The notes: generated by a model not told the origin, from the letters alone. A DNA stretch of 64,000 nucleotides from Candidatus Nomurabacteria bacterium (GCA_023267375.1 JAHFNJ010000003.1:28579-92578), one strand, 5' to 3'. Counted from the stretch's first letter, positions 29,136-39,746 are shown. Numbers and translations are program-made.

Positions 29136-31148
29136 TTAAGCATCAAGCGTGTCTGACAAAGTGTCATAGTCGCCTGCTGGAGCTAGATCAAGAGTTTCAT
29201 CAGCGCCAGATCCGTCTGTATTGTAACCAACTTGTGTAAGTTGGAGGTGTACATAGTGACCAGCAGTAATGGTTCCGATCTGTTCAGACATAGTTGCAGT
29301 GAAGGTCTTTGTATCACCTTCATCAACAGTGTAGTAACCAGAGAAATCAGTATCTGAAGCACTTGAAGAAAGTGTTGAAGCAGATTCTGTTCCTGCAGTT
29401 GTTACACTACCAGCAGTTTCATCATACATAGTGTATGAGAGACCACTTGCACCAGCGATAGTTGCACCCTGTTCGATTGCCTTCGGAATGTAGAAGGTAT
29501 CGCCGAACGCACTAACATCGAAGCTTACTTTCCATGCCAACTTGGTGTTTTCACCAGCATTGTTGGTAGTAACGATTGGATTTGAACCAATCACTTTGAA
29601 GTTAGAGACAGTAAGACCTGTTGCGTAGAGCTGCATAGTGTTACCACTTGGAGTTCCACTAACATTACCAATGTCATCGCCAGTATCAGCATCTTCGAAA
29701 TCATTTTCATCGGCTGCTGAAGTAGCGTAGATGGTGTCACTGTTTGCGTAACCACCAGCGTTTTGTGACTTGAATTTGATCTTAACAGTTACTTTCATTG
29801 TATCACCAGCATCAATAACGACGTCGTCGTCTTCAATGTCAGTGAAGTTAAATGTAGTACTTGAATCAGCGTCTGGAGTATCATCGGTTGAGTACGTAGT
29901 ACCATCAATTACGAGTGTGATGTCATCAACGATTTCATCGTTGTCTGAACCACCTGTAGTGATTGTAACTGGGAAGTTATCAATCTTTACATCGCCGCCA
30001 TCAGAATCAGCTTTGATTTTGAAGACTGCAATTGTTTCTGTGGTTGAAGATGTTTCATCAACCTGGAGCGTTCCCGCTGCAGGAGTTGAAGAATCCTTGG
30101 TGATAGTAAGGTCAGAGTTTGCACCTGAAGCTTCAAGTGAGAAACTAGCTGTACCAGTACCATTGTCTACAGTGTTGATGCCAGCACCGTCAACGAAGCG
30201 AAGGCCTGTTGAAGAGTTTGTGTCATCAATGTATACATCCCAATCTTCGCCATCATCAATACCATCGATTGAATCAGTTACGTCAGCAGCAACTGTAAGT
30301 TCAGCGTGTACGCCTTCCTTGAAGTTTGCAGCAAGACCACTCATACGAACGCGGTAGATGCCTGAGCCTGAAGATGTTTCATCCCAGTCAGACTTTGATG
30401 AAGAATCCATAGAACCGAGTTCTTTTGAACCATCCATCAAGTAAACTGTGTCAAAAACTTTCCAAGGCTTAGTCTCATCGTTACCACCATTTGCTTCGAA
30501 TACGATGTCAGCGCGTGTGAGCTGAGCATCAGCATCCTTCACAGTGAATTTGATGGTTGCAACATCTGCCTTTGAAGCACCTTCCTTAATAGAAGTGTCA
30601 TCAGCTGAAGTTGTCTTTACGTTTGAGATTGAAGTTTCGCCACCAGAAAGATTTCCTCCTGATGATGAAGTGTTTGAATCACACTTTGTTCCAGTTGTTG
30701 AACTGTAACCAGCTGTTGATGAACAACCTGCTGGGAGACCTGCTGAAGGACCTGAGTTACAAGCCATACCAGTTGTTGTACTGTAGCCTGAAGCTGAAGT
30801 ACAACCTGCTGGGAAGTTACCTGAAACTGAAGTTCCGCCATTAAGTACTGCCATAGAAGCAGGACCAACAACGCCGTCAGCTGTAAGACCAGCAGCAGCT
30901 TGCCATGCCATAACTGCGGTAGCGGTCTTTTGACCGAATGAACCGTCAGTTACGAGTGCAGGGTTAGCATAACCACCAGCATTCAAGATTTTCTGTAATT
31001 CCATTACTGCTGTGCCGGTTGAACCGACGCGGAGTGTTGGAGGAGTAAATGTATATGCACTTGCTACAGAAGCTGCAGCAAGAACAGCAACAAATACTGC
31101 CAATCCGAACACTGCCTTAGCAGCTTTAGATTTTAGTAAATTACTCAT
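29136..31148 (-). CDS. Secreted surface protein: N-terminal peptidoglycan-binding domain, Cys-containing repeats, Thr/Ser/Asp-rich beta-rich region
   Basis: 670 aa; signal peptide; 'LRVGSTGTAVMELQKILNAGGYANPALVTDGSFGQKTATAVMAWQAAAGLTADGVVGPASM' (PG_binding_1-like); repeats 'AGC(T/S)S(A/T)(S/A)GYS(T/S)TTG'. Confidence 0.65.
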   Translation of the reverse strand: MSNLLKSKAAKAVFGLAVFVAVLAAASVASAYTFTPPTLRVGSTGTAVMELQKILNAGGYANPALVTDGSFGQKTATAVMAWQAAAGLTADGVVGPASMAVLNGGTSVSGNFPAGCTSASGYSTTTGMACNSGPSAGLPAGCSSTAGYSSTTGTKCDSNTSSSGGNLSGGETSISNVKTTSADDTSIKEGASKADVATIKFTVKDADAQLTRADIVFEANGGNDETKPWKVFDTVYLMDGSKELGSMDSSSKSDWDETSSGSGIYRVRMSGLAANFKEGVHAELTVAADVTDSIDGIDDGEDWDVYIDDTNSSTGLRFVDGAGINTVDNGTGTASFSLEASGANSDLTITKDSSTPAAGTLQVDETSSTTETIAVFKIKADSDGGDVKIDNFPVTITTGGSDNDEIVDDITLVIDGTTYSTDDTPDADSSTTFNFTDIEDDDVVIDAGDTMKVTVKIKFKSQNAGGYANSDTIYATSAADENDFEDADTGDDIGNVSGTPSGNTMQLYATGLTVSNFKVIGSNPIVTTNNAGENTKLAWKVSFDVSAFGDTFYIPKAIEQGATIAGASGLSYTMYDETAGSVTTAGTESASTLSSSASDTDFSGYYTVDEGDTKTFTATMSEQIGTITAGHYVHLQLTQVGYNTDGSGADETLDLAPAGDYDTLSDTLDA

Positions 31149-32232
31149 AATATAAACTTATAACGCGAACCTCGAGTACATCAGTCCCCTTACGGAGACA
31201 ATAATATAGACACGAGATCCGCAATGCGCGGTTAGATTATTTTCGACGCGTCCGCAACGCTCGATAATAAAAATTATAGTTGAGCGAAGCAAAACAAAAA
31301 ATAATGTGGTGCGCATTTATTGAACGTAATCCAAAGTTTGCACTTTGGATTATTTTTCTAACCATTCTTTTATATCTTGCGATACAAAAGAAACAGTTGA
31401 CTAAATAATGCGTCGCGTGCACGCGATGATGAATCGCACGCACACAACCTACAATCTGCCGTGTCGACATGGCAAATGAATCGTGATCATGAAACGAAAT
31501 TATTTTATTCGGCCTATCTCCGAACACAAAAATAATTTGTATCGCAACACAACCATGGATCATTATTAAACTTCATAACAAAAATAAATTTTTATCATGA
31601 AGTTCCCACGGAGTCGAAGCACGGGAAACAAAATACGAACAGAAGTTATTTGGTATTAACAACGTCTGCACTTTTCTGTTTTCAATGATCGCTCCGTTTC
31701 GCAAATGCCTTTTAGTACTCACTATAGTTCCTATCACTAAAGAGAGTGACAAAAAGCACTGCATACATAATAGCATAATGCGGCGAACCGCACGATACTA
31801 CGCTGTACCAACATTATATTATCACGTGCTTGTAACAGCAAGACAACACAATGTGGATAATCGTTTTTCGAACAAAGCACGAGAGAAGTAATTCCTAAAT
31901 TCAAACCCCTACGGTCTAAACAAAACTGCTTAGACACGAGGAATGAGTTGTCTAGGTATCACCACTTCGGGCAGTGCTCGAAGTTGATATAGTCTCATAT
32001 TTTAGGCTTAAAATCAATGGGTAATTAAGAAAAGACGTACTCTCCAAAATCACCTGATTCATAGATCATATAAACCTTATCGAGACTACACAGGTACTAA
32101 CGTTAAAAATAAGGCTAAATTACAGGTGAAATACTATTACACCACACATTATTAGATATGTCTAAATAGCAAAACGGTGGCCAAAATTATTTGTAAGCCA
32201 CCGCTTCTTTCAATAAGACACACCTCAAATTT

Positions 32233-33138
32233 TTATGAAAGCGCGTATCTACTCCAGCGCTTACTCCCCTTTTTCTTAAGGACACCCTCAGCGACTAATG
32301 TGTTAAGTTCTCGCTGAATTGTCTTTTCACTGCAATCAGAAATGACCGTAGAAATATCTTTGATCATCACCTCTTTCTTGTCCTTTATAAGTCTTAAAAT
32401 ATTGTTACGTCTATTTATTTTTAGAGCGATGTCTGATTGGCGATCTTTTACTAAAACAGCTCCTTCCGGACGACGAGCCCCCGCACTCTGTCCATTTACT
32501 TTGCTTTGTTTTTGGTAAAGGACATTGTCCTTTACGTTCTGCTTTTGCTGCACTGGAGTAGCAGGAAGTTGCTTTTCAGTGTTTGTTTTTTCCTCAGAAA
32601 ATGACGAGAAAAAACCTTCAGGAATGACTGCCGTATTCGGTCCCTGGCTCGCAAAAAAAGAATCTTGAAAGCCGCTCTTTTTATTAAGCTCTTCCTTCTC
32701 TTCAATGCTCTTTTTGAGGAGCAAAAGTTCGTTGCCCAAGATCGCACTATTCATCGAAGAAATGATCCCGACCAGCCCTGCAACTTCAACCAACGCCACT
32801 ACCTCATTTATTAAACTTTTACTTTCTTCAAAACGAAACATCTTTACCAAAGCACGCTCTTTCGCAAGCACGCGCATGTCTGATAAGAGGCTTACCCCGA
32901 GCGTTCGCAACCGGAACTTTATCGGCTCACCATCTTCAAGACAGTCGGTCACCATATAGAGGGCTGTGAGTAGCTTCTGGGTCCGCTTAAACAGTGTATC
33001 AAAAAATATCTCTTTATTTTCAAGGTTATTATCTACGACAAGAGGAGTTTGTCCTTTACTGTCTACGCCCTGTGGGGTTGTGTCTTTTTGATAGTCCATG
33101 AGTTTGGTGGGTGTCTTTTTACTTATGAGACATCCCAA
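32233..33138 (-). CDS. Hypothetical protein with C-terminal DeoR-like winged-helix DNA-binding domain
   Basis: 301 aa; C-terminal 'ILRLIKDKKEVMIKDISTVISDCSEKTIQRELNTLVAEGVLKK'. Confidence 0.5.
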   Translation of the reverse strand: MGCLISKKTPTKLMDYQKDTTPQGVDSKGQTPLVVDNNLENKEIFFDTLFKRTQKLLTALYMVTDCLEDGEPIKFRLRTLGVSLLSDMRVLAKERALVKMFRFEESKSLINEVVALVEVAGLVGIISSMNSAILGNELLLLKKSIEEKEELNKKSGFQDSFFASQGPNTAVIPEGFFSSFSEEKTNTEKQLPATPVQQKQNVKDNVLYQKQSKVNGQSAGARRPEGAVLVKDRQSDIALKINRRNNILRLIKDKKEVMIKDISTVISDCSEKTIQRELNTLVAEGVLKKKGSKRWSRYALS

Positions 33139-33302
33139 AATGCCCGCTCATTATATATCGGACAACCCCTCAAGCGCAAGCACGTGCGGGTATACTTTGA
33201 TAAGCTTTTGCGGGCCCGCGTTTTAAATAAAAATGAGTATATTTTTATTTATTTTTTAAAAAGAAAGTGCATCGCAATATGATATAATTACCTAACAAAA
33301 AT

Positions 33303-35531
33303 ATGGCGAACAACAAAAAAACTTCTAAAGATTCAGCGGCAAACGGAAAAAAGAAATCAAAAAAAGAGCGCGCTGATAGCGGCAGCGGATCTCGTTTGAG
33401 TGTCGAGACTCGCCACAGTATTTGGGCTATCGTTTCGTTTTTAATTGCCCTCTTTTTGATCGTTGCTGGCTTCGGCGGCGGCGGAGCTGCTGGCAATTTT
33501 TTCTACCTACTACTTGCCTCCCTTTTTGGCTGGGGATACGTTTTCTTGCCAATTGTCTGCATTCTTCTTGGCGCATCTTTTGTACAATCACTACGACCAA
33601 ATATCGCGCTCGTGCACACCATAAGCTCTGTTGTTTTTCTACTATCAGGACTCGGTATTATTGATGCAACACTTCCAGAAAAAGCGGGTGGTGGATATAT
33701 CGGTAAACTTGTTGCCTACCCCTTTGTGCGACTATTCGATCAAACAATGGCGATCGTTATTTTGGGCGCACTCTTTGTTATTGCCCTGATCGTTCTCTTT
33801 AATCGCCGACCAGAACTTCTCCCAATTATTCGTCGCATTATTTCTTTCTTTAAATGGAATCGTAGAGAAGCAGGGGAAGCAATGGCTGAAAATTATGAGG
33901 ACGAAGAAGATGAGGAGGACATCGAAGATGAGGAAACAGAAGAAGTTGACGAAGAGGAAGAAGCACCCGCCACAGTCACTGCTCAAAAAACTGTTCCAGC
34001 TGCTCCGATCAGCGAAGAAGAAGAGTTTGAAGTCGCATCGAAGCTCCGAACAAAACCGTCTAAAGTAAACACGACCTACAACGCTCCCCCACTCGACCTG
34101 CTTGAGGTAGACAAAGGAAAGCCGAATACTGGCGACATTAAAGCAAACTCAAATATCATTAAACGCACGCTCATGAACTTCGGTATCGAAGTTGAAATGG
34201 ATGAGATCACCGTTGGACCGTCAGTCACCCGCTACGCCTTGAAGCCAGCCGAAGGGGTAAAACTGTCACGTATCGTCGGCCTTCAAAACGACCTGGCGCT
34301 CGCACTTGCGGCTCACCCGATCCGTATCGAAGCCCCGATTCCTGGTAAATCACTCGTGGGTATCGAAATCCCAAACCGCACCAAATCAACTGTTGGCTTG
34401 GGCACGCTCTTGGGTGATGAAAAATTCCGCCTCGGTGAGAAGCCGCTCCTTGTGGCTCTCGGCCGCAATATTTCTGGCAAATCACTCTTTGGCAACCTCG
34501 CCAAAATGCCCCACCTTTTGATCGCAGGTGCGACTGGTAGTGGTAAGTCCGTTACTATTCACTCTATTATTACATCGTTGCTCTATCGTAACGGTCCAGG
34601 AGAAATGCGCTTTATCATGGTTGACCCAAAGCGTGTTGAACTTACGCTCTACAACAAGATCCCCCACCTGCTCACTCCAGTGATTACTGATGCCAAGAAA
34701 ACGATCTTAGCGCTCAAATGGGCGGCAAAGGAAATGGATCGCCGTTACGATATTTTGGAGACAGAAGCCTGCCGTGACATTGAATCTTATAATGCAAACC
34801 GTAACGCGAGCGGCAACCGTAAGCAAAATGGCGACGACATGGAAGCAATGCCGTATATTGTCATTGTTATTGATGAATTGGCAGATATTATGAGTTCCTA
34901 TCCACGCGAATTGGAATCAGCTATCGTTCGCCTCGCCCAAATGTCTCGTGCAGTCGGTATTCACCTTATCCTTTCGACTCAACGCCCTGAAGTAAACGTC
35001 ATTACCGGACTCATCAAGGCAAACGTTCCAGCTCGTGTGGCCCTCAAGGTTGCCTCTCAGATCGACTCTCGTACCATCTTAGACGCTGGTGGCGCTGAAA
35101 AACTCTTGGGTGCCGGTGATATGCTCTACTCTTCTGGAGAAGCCCAGCCTGAACGCTTACAGTGTGCATACATATCTGAAACCGAAGTAAAGAAAGTAGT
35201 GAAGTATTTGGCTGACAATAACCAAGATGACGGGTCTGAGATTACGCTCTCGGGCACTAATTTGAGCCCTGATAAATCTATTTTTGAAAGTACCCTCGAT
35301 GATGAGGCTGAAGCTGACGATGATTTATACGAAGAAGCCCGCCAAACAGTTATTGAGACTGGCAAGGCATCAACCTCATTTCTCCAGCGAAAACTAGGCG
35401 TAGGCTACGCTCGTGCTGCCCGTTTGATCGATATGCTTGAAGAACACGGTGTCGTCGGTCCGGGTAATGGTGCCAAACCTCGTGATGTTCTTGAAAAAAC
35501 ACCGAGCGAAAGCACTGAAGGATTTCAGTAG
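33303..35531 (+). CDS. ftsK: DNA translocase FtsK/SpoIIIE
   Basis: 742 aa; N-terminal TM helices; acidic linker (EDEEDEEDIEDEE); motor 'LIAGATGSGKSVTIHSIITSLL'; C-terminal gamma domain 'STSFLQRKLGVGYARAARLIDMLEEHGVVGP'. Confidence 0.9.
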   Translation: MANNKKTSKDSAANGKKKSKKERADSGSGSRLSVETRHSIWAIVSFLIALFLIVAGFGGGGAAGNFFYLLLASLFGWGYVFLPIVCILLGASFVQSLRPNIALVHTISSVVFLLSGLGIIDATLPEKAGGGYIGKLVAYPFVRLFDQTMAIVILGALFVIALIVLFNRRPELLPIIRRIISFFKWNRREAGEAMAENYEDEEDEEDIEDEETEEVDEEEEAPATVTAQKTVPAAPISEEEEFEVASKLRTKPSKVNTTYNAPPLDLLEVDKGKPNTGDIKANSNIIKRTLMNFGIEVEMDEITVGPSVTRYALKPAEGVKLSRIVGLQNDLALALAAHPIRIEAPIPGKSLVGIEIPNRTKSTVGLGTLLGDEKFRLGEKPLLVALGRNISGKSLFGNLAKMPHLLIAGATGSGKSVTIHSIITSLLYRNGPGEMRFIMVDPKRVELTLYNKIPHLLTPVITDAKKTILALKWAAKEMDRRYDILETEACRDIESYNANRNASGNRKQNGDDMEAMPYIVIVIDELADIMSSYPRELESAIVRLAQMSRAVGIHLILSTQRPEVNVITGLIKANVPARVALKVASQIDSRTILDAGGAEKLLGAGDMLYSSGEAQPERLQCAYISETEVKKVVKYLADNNQDDGSEITLSGTNLSPDKSIFESTLDDEAEADDDLYEEARQTVIETGKASTSFLQRKLGVGYARAARLIDMLEEHGVVGPGNGAKPRDVLEKTPSESTEGFQ

Positions 35532-35536
35532 AACTC

Positions 35537-36013
35537 ATGCGAGCAACCTTTAAACACCGCTTGGGAATAACACTGGTTATCGTTTTGTTCATCCTCATCG
35601 GCTATTACGCCTTTGCACGAAGTGCTGCTGTGCGACAAGGGGTTACTCTCACGGTCGCAAGCATTACTGATGGAGAAACAGTCACTGATGGAACACTCCA
35701 TGTAGCAGGAACAGCCAAAAATGCTACTAGACTATCGTTGAACGATGGACCGATCCTTATCGACCAAGAAGGTGCCTTCAACGAACAATTGCTGCTTCTT
35801 CCGGGGTATAATATAATTACCTTAAAAGCGGAAGATCGTTTCGGAAAAAAAGCACAAAAAATATTCCGCGTGCTCTATACCCCACTTACTACCGACATAC
35901 CGATTCAAGAACAAGCACCAGCAGAACCAGTCACTCCATCAAGCAATAATCCATCAGCGGAAACAACGCCATCACAAACCGATGGCACAGGAAGCATCAT
36001 TATTAATAATTAA
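35537..36013 (+). CDS. Hypothetical membrane-anchored / secreted protein
   Basis: 158 aa; N-terminal TM; Pro/Thr/Ser-rich tail. Confidence 0.45.
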   Translation: MRATFKHRLGITLVIVLFILIGYYAFARSAAVRQGVTLTVASITDGETVTDGTLHVAGTAKNATRLSLNDGPILIDQEGAFNEQLLLLPGYNIITLKAEDRFGKKAQKIFRVLYTPLTTDIPIQEQAPAEPVTPSSNNPSAETTPSQTDGTGSIIINN

Positions 36014-36024
36014 GCAACAAGTAT

Positions 36025-37083
36025 ATGGCATTCAACAAACCAAAGAAAGAAAAAGTTTTAAAAACATTAGGCACAACTGAAATTGAAGATACGATCAAAT
36101 CGATTCAGACAAAATTCGGCGAGGGAGCAATCATGAAATTGGGAGATAGCCCGAAAGTTGATCTTGATGTCATCCCTACTGGATCATTAGGCCTTGATAT
36201 GGCACTCGGTGTCGGCGGTGTTCCCCGCGGACGTATTATTGAAATTTTTGGACCAGAATCATCTGGTAAAACAACACTCGCCCTCCATATTGTTGCCGAA
36301 GCACAAAAGAAAGGTGGTGTGTGTGCATATATTGATGCTGAACATGCGATGGATCCTGATTATGCAGCAAAACTCGGTGTAAAGATAAACGATCTGCTTA
36401 TTTCTCAACCAGACACTGGTGAACAAGGACTCGAAATTACCGAATCACTCGTCCGTTCAGGAAAGATTGATGTCATCGTCATCGACTCTGTTGCCGCTCT
36501 TACTCCAAAGGATGAAATCGAAGGCGATATGGGGCAATCACACGTAGGAAAACAAGCTCGCTTGATGTCACAAGCACTCCGCAAGCTCACAGCGATTGTT
36601 GCTCGCTCAAAAACGCTCGTCATTTTCATAAACCAAATCCGTATGCAGATCGGTGTCATGTTCGGCAATCCTGAGACTACCCCAGGTGGTAAGGCACTTA
36701 AATTCTATACATCAGTGCGTTTAGATATTCGTCGTATCGCCCAGATCAAAAAAGGTGAAGAAGTAGTTGGCGGTCGTACACGCGTGAAAGTTGTGAAAAA
36801 TAAAGTCGCTGCGCCATTCAAGCAGACTGAGTTCGATATCATTTACGGCGAAGGAATCTCCCGCGAAGGCGAACTAATGGCGCTTGGCGAAAAGCTTGGC
36901 ATTATTGAGAAATCAGGCGCTTCGTATTCATACAAAGATAAAGAAGGTGCGAAGGTTCCGATGGGTCGCGGGTATGATGCAACACGCACCTGGCTCAAAG
37001 AAAATCCTAAAGTGGCAAATGAATTCATGAAAGAAATTAGAAAGCGGTTTGGGGAAATACAGGTAGCAAGTACAGGAGAATAG
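36025..37083 (+). CDS. recA: Recombinase A
   Basis: 352 aa; '[48 protein letters not shown]…IVIDSVAAL'. Confidence 0.95.
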   Translation: MAFNKPKKEKVLKTLGTTEIEDTIKSIQTKFGEGAIMKLGDSPKVDLDVIPTGSLGLDMALGVGGVPRGRIIEIFGPESSGKTTLALHIVAEAQKKGGVCAYIDAEHAMDPDYAAKLGVKINDLLISQPDTGEQGLEITESLVRSGKIDVIVIDSVAALTPKDEIEGDMGQSHVGKQARLMSQALRKLTAIVARSKTLVIFINQIRMQIGVMFGNPETTPGGKALKFYTSVRLDIRRIAQIKKGEEVVGGRTRVKVVKNKVAAPFKQTEFDIIYGEGISREGELMALGEKLGIIEKSGASYSYKDKEGAKVPMGRGYDATRTWLKENPKVANEFMKEIRKRFGEIQVASTGE

Positions 37084-37087
37084 GAAC

Positions 37088-37127
37088 AAAAAGACTGTTG
37101 TTGATTAAATCAACAACAGTCTTTTTC
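37088..37127. terminator. Bidirectional terminator between recA and the convergent lipoprotein gene
   Basis: aaaaagactgttgttgatttaaatcaacaacagtcttttt. Confidence 0.7.
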
Positions 37128-37148
37128 ATAGTTGGTGACAGATATTAA

Positions 37149-37688
37149 TTATCGGTCAAAGATTCCATTTCCATTTACCCCAGGGAAAGAATACTCCCCA
37201 AACATTATTGGTCTACTTAGACTAGGACAAGCTCCCTGGCCACCCATCGTATCATCACCATCCACTATTATTTTTACAAAAGTGAAGGATGAATTACCAT
37301 CCACAGACTCCCAGCCTATTGCTATTGGGATCCTGTAGTGATACTTCCCTGGCGTATCATCTGAAGAACCAGGTATTCGCTCACGCTTGGGGTGCATCAC
37401 AACAGTAAAAATAAAATCCCCTGTTACAATTGTATCCTTGAGCAGCGGGACTGTCGTACCAGCACTATCCTCCCAGTCATACGCGAAGGTGATTTTTCTT
37501 GTATACGCATCGGGCGAAATAGTATCCATGTCCACATAATTAGGATGTACTGAGTGCGACTTGCATACTTGGTATACAATACGTCCTTCTGTCAGCGGAT
37601 CAGGAAAAATAATTTGATCAAATTCTTTCTTCTTACAAGAAGAAAGAAGAGCAATCGCAATAGCGGCAAACAATATGAAGTTTTTCAT
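37149..37688 (-). CDS. Putative lipoprotein
   Basis: 179 aa; lipobox-like 'LLSSC' after a signal peptide. Confidence 0.5.
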   Translation of the reverse strand: MKNFILFAAIAIALLSSCKKKEFDQIIFPDPLTEGRIVYQVCKSHSVHPNYVDMDTISPDAYTRKITFAYDWEDSAGTTVPLLKDTIVTGDFIFTVVMHPKRERIPGSSDDTPGKYHYRIPIAIGWESVDGNSSFTFVKIIVDGDDTMGGQGACPSLSRPIMFGEYSFPGVNGNGIFDR

Positions 37689-37860
37689 CTGTGAGTAGTT
37701 TGGGAAAGAGCCTTAAAGCCTTTCTGGTTTATTTGCTATTACTTTATCACATTTTATGTAGTATGTCAATATAACATAAAATGTGCCCCTAGCAGAAAAA
37801 AAGAGCCTGCAACATTGTCGTTACAAGCTCTTTTTCATTTTTACGATGCGGCCGCGCTAT

Positions 37861-38130
37861 TTAGTGCCCGCCCTTGCTGGTAAACACCTCCTTCATTGCC
37901 TGAATGCTCAGTGTCTGTGCCAACAAAAGTGCTCCTTCTTCCGGAAGCTTCAATTCCTTTGCCAGGTGACGTACTGAATGCTTTGTGTGATGGGAGATTT
38001 CGACTCCTTTTTCTATAAGCACCATTAGTACCAGCCGGCGGAGAAGTTTGTTTTCCTCTTCAAGGGTAAGCTTTCTCCTCTTCGTTTTTTTTGATTTCGG
38101 CTTTCTTTTTGCCGAATTTGCAGTTGCCAT
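37861..38130 (-). CDS. Small highly basic hypothetical protein
   Basis: 89 aa; N-terminal 'KRKPKSKKTKRRK'. Confidence 0.35.
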   Translation of the reverse strand: MATANSAKRKPKSKKTKRRKLTLEEENKLLRRLVLMVLIEKGVEISHHTKHSVRHLAKELKLPEEGALLLAQTLSIQAMKEVFTSKGGH

Positions 38131-38323
38131 AATCGTCTGTATTTAGTTTTATCCCTGTCTTTCAGCCCTAGGGATGGTTAGGCTTAATATCTGCTTCGTA
38201 TTATAAACTATAATACATATACTGTCAATATATCTCGTTGGACAATCCTACCCCCATTTTGTATACTCTCCCATGTACGTTAGCCCTCCGGGCTATTTTT
38301 ATTACTAGTTTTTAAATACGTTT

Positions 38324-38902
38324 ATGGCATTACTTGAATACAACGAAATTAAACAGGGTAAGGTTATTATTTACGAAAACGAACCATGTGAGGTCATGGA
38401 GTCTCATGTCGCTCGCACTCAGCAGCGCAAGCCGCAAAACCAGACCAAATTGAAGAGCTTGGTTTCTGGTCGCACCTACAATGCAACCTTCCAAGGATCT
38501 GATATGGCCCCAGAAGCCGAGATCGAGAAGCGTGAAGTAAAATTCCTCTATGCAAACCGTGGTGAATACTGGTTTTCTGATCCGAACGACCCAAAAAACC
38601 GTTTCAAGCTTGATGAAAAGCTTATTGGTGATGGTGTTAAGTTTTTGAAAGACAATATCCTCGCAACTGCCATGGTCTTCGATGATGATGGTGAAGAAAA
38701 GATAATTAAAGTTAAATTACCGATCAAGCTCGAATTTACCGTCAAAGAAGCTCCCCCATCAATGAGAGGAAATACAGCTTCGGGAGGCGGAAAAGTTGTT
38801 GTTCTCGAGAATGGGACAAACATAAACACTCCGATGTTTATCGAAGCTGGAGATAAAATCATCGTCAACACAGACACTGGAGAATACGTTGAACGCGCGT
38901 AA
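38324..38902 (+). CDS. efp: Elongation factor P
   Basis: 192 aa; three OB-like segments typical of EF-P; length matches. Confidence 0.75.
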   Translation: MALLEYNEIKQGKVIIYENEPCEVMESHVARTQQRKPQNQTKLKSLVSGRTYNATFQGSDMAPEAEIEKREVKFLYANRGEYWFSDPNDPKNRFKLDEKLIGDGVKFLKDNILATAMVFDDDGEEKIIKVKLPIKLEFTVKEAPPSMRGNTASGGGKVVVLENGTNINTPMFIEAGDKIIVNTDTGEYVERA

Positions 38903-38917
38903 CTACCCTTAAAAAAC

Positions 38918-38947
38918 AAAAACCCTCGACATTAGTCGAGGGTTTTT
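38918..38947. terminator. Bidirectional terminator between efp and rpsR
   Basis: aaaaaccctcgacattagtcgagggttttt. Confidence 0.7.
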
Positions 38948-38958
38948 GTTTTTAGTGC

Positions 38959-39159
38959 TTATCGAGCAACGTACGGGAGAAGTCCCATGAATCGTGAACG
39001 CTTGATAGCGAGCGCGAGTTTACGCTGATTCTTCGCAGTAATACCCGTGCGTCGGCGTGACATGATGCGGGCATTCGGCGTCAAAAATCGCTTGAGGATT
39101 TCCAAATCCTTGTAATCGATATGCTTTATATTATTTGCTGAAAAGTAATCTTGTTTCAT
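38959..39159 (-). CDS. rpsR: 30S ribosomal protein S18
   Basis: 66 aa; '[29 protein letters not shown]'. Confidence 0.85.
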   Translation of the reverse strand: MKQDYFSANNIKHIDYKDLEILKRFLTPNARIMSRRRTGITAKNQRKLALAIKRSRFMGLLPYVAR

Positions 39160-39164
39160 ACTTA

Positions 39165-39237
39165 GGTTCTAGGTTCTAGGTTCTAGGTTCTAGTGAATTC
39201 CACTAGCTCCCTAGTAACTAGCCCCTAGTTAACTGTT
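39165..39237. repeat. CTAG-rich repeat, copy 2 (tandem ttctagg ×4 then palindrome CTAGTGAATTCCACTAG then cccctag units)
   Basis: Aligns with the reverse complement of 527-600; sits in the ssb-rpsR intergenic spacer. Confidence 0.6.
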
Positions 39238-39688
39238 AAAATGGAATATCTTCTGGGTTTGACTCTTCTTCAGGATATTCAATCGTATCGAGCTCTCCGA
39301 TATCTGCTTTGGGAGCTTTTGAATCCCCCATTCCAGATGGCGCTCGGCTTCCCGAACCTTCCATGCGCGGACCAAATTGCATACGGTCAGCTACAATTTC
39401 AGTGCGATACTTCTTTGAACCATCCTTATCATCCCAGCTTCGTGTCTGAATGCGGCCTTCAATCAAAACTGAGCTCCCCTTTTTCAAATATTGCGCGGCA
39501 ACTTCTGCTTGGCGTCCGAACATCACAATATTGTGATAATCTGCCTGCTCTTTCTTTGCACCGCTTTGGTCTTTCCAGACCCGATTGGTCGCTACAGAAA
39601 ATGTTGTTACCTTAATACCCGATGGAAGCGCGCGCATCTCAGGGTCGCGAGTAAGATTTCCGATAATGAATGCTTTGTTAAGATACAT
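39236..39688 (-). CDS. ssb: Single-stranded DNA-binding protein
   Basis: 150 aa; OB fold; Gly-rich linker; acidic tail ending 'DIPF'. Confidence 0.9.
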   Translation of the reverse strand: MYLNKAFIIGNLTRDPEMRALPSGIKVTTFSVATNRVWKDQSGAKKEQADYHNIVMFGRQAEVAAQYLKKGSSVLIEGRIQTRSWDDKDGSKKYRTEIVADRMQFGPRMEGSGSRAPSGMGDSKAPKADIGELDTIEYPEEESNPEDIPF

Positions 39689-39746
39689 AGTTTATGTTTC
39701 GTGTTATTTTTATAATGTATTCTACTTGCACGTTTAGACTCTTTAT

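Noticed and set aside
29770-30357. 195-aa Ser/Thr/Val-rich plus-strand ORF
   Set aside because: It is a mirror-frame artefact of the Thr/Ser/Asp-rich minus-strand surface protein and has no start context.
31237-31776. ORFs 31237..31563 and 31573..31776 (-)
   Set aside because: They have His/Cys/Phe/Arg-rich non-protein-like composition and lie in an AT-rich region with no RBS. They are treated as non-coding and flagged as a region instead.
33732-33986. 84-aa minus-strand ORF
   Set aside because: It lies inside ftsK, antisense to the acidic linker region.
39170-39200. Tandem 'ttctagg' ×4, checked as a possible CRISPR or microsatellite
   Set aside because: The period is 7 bp with no spacers, so it is not a CRISPR array. 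It is part of the CTAG repeat element. No CRISPR array exists anywhere in the window.
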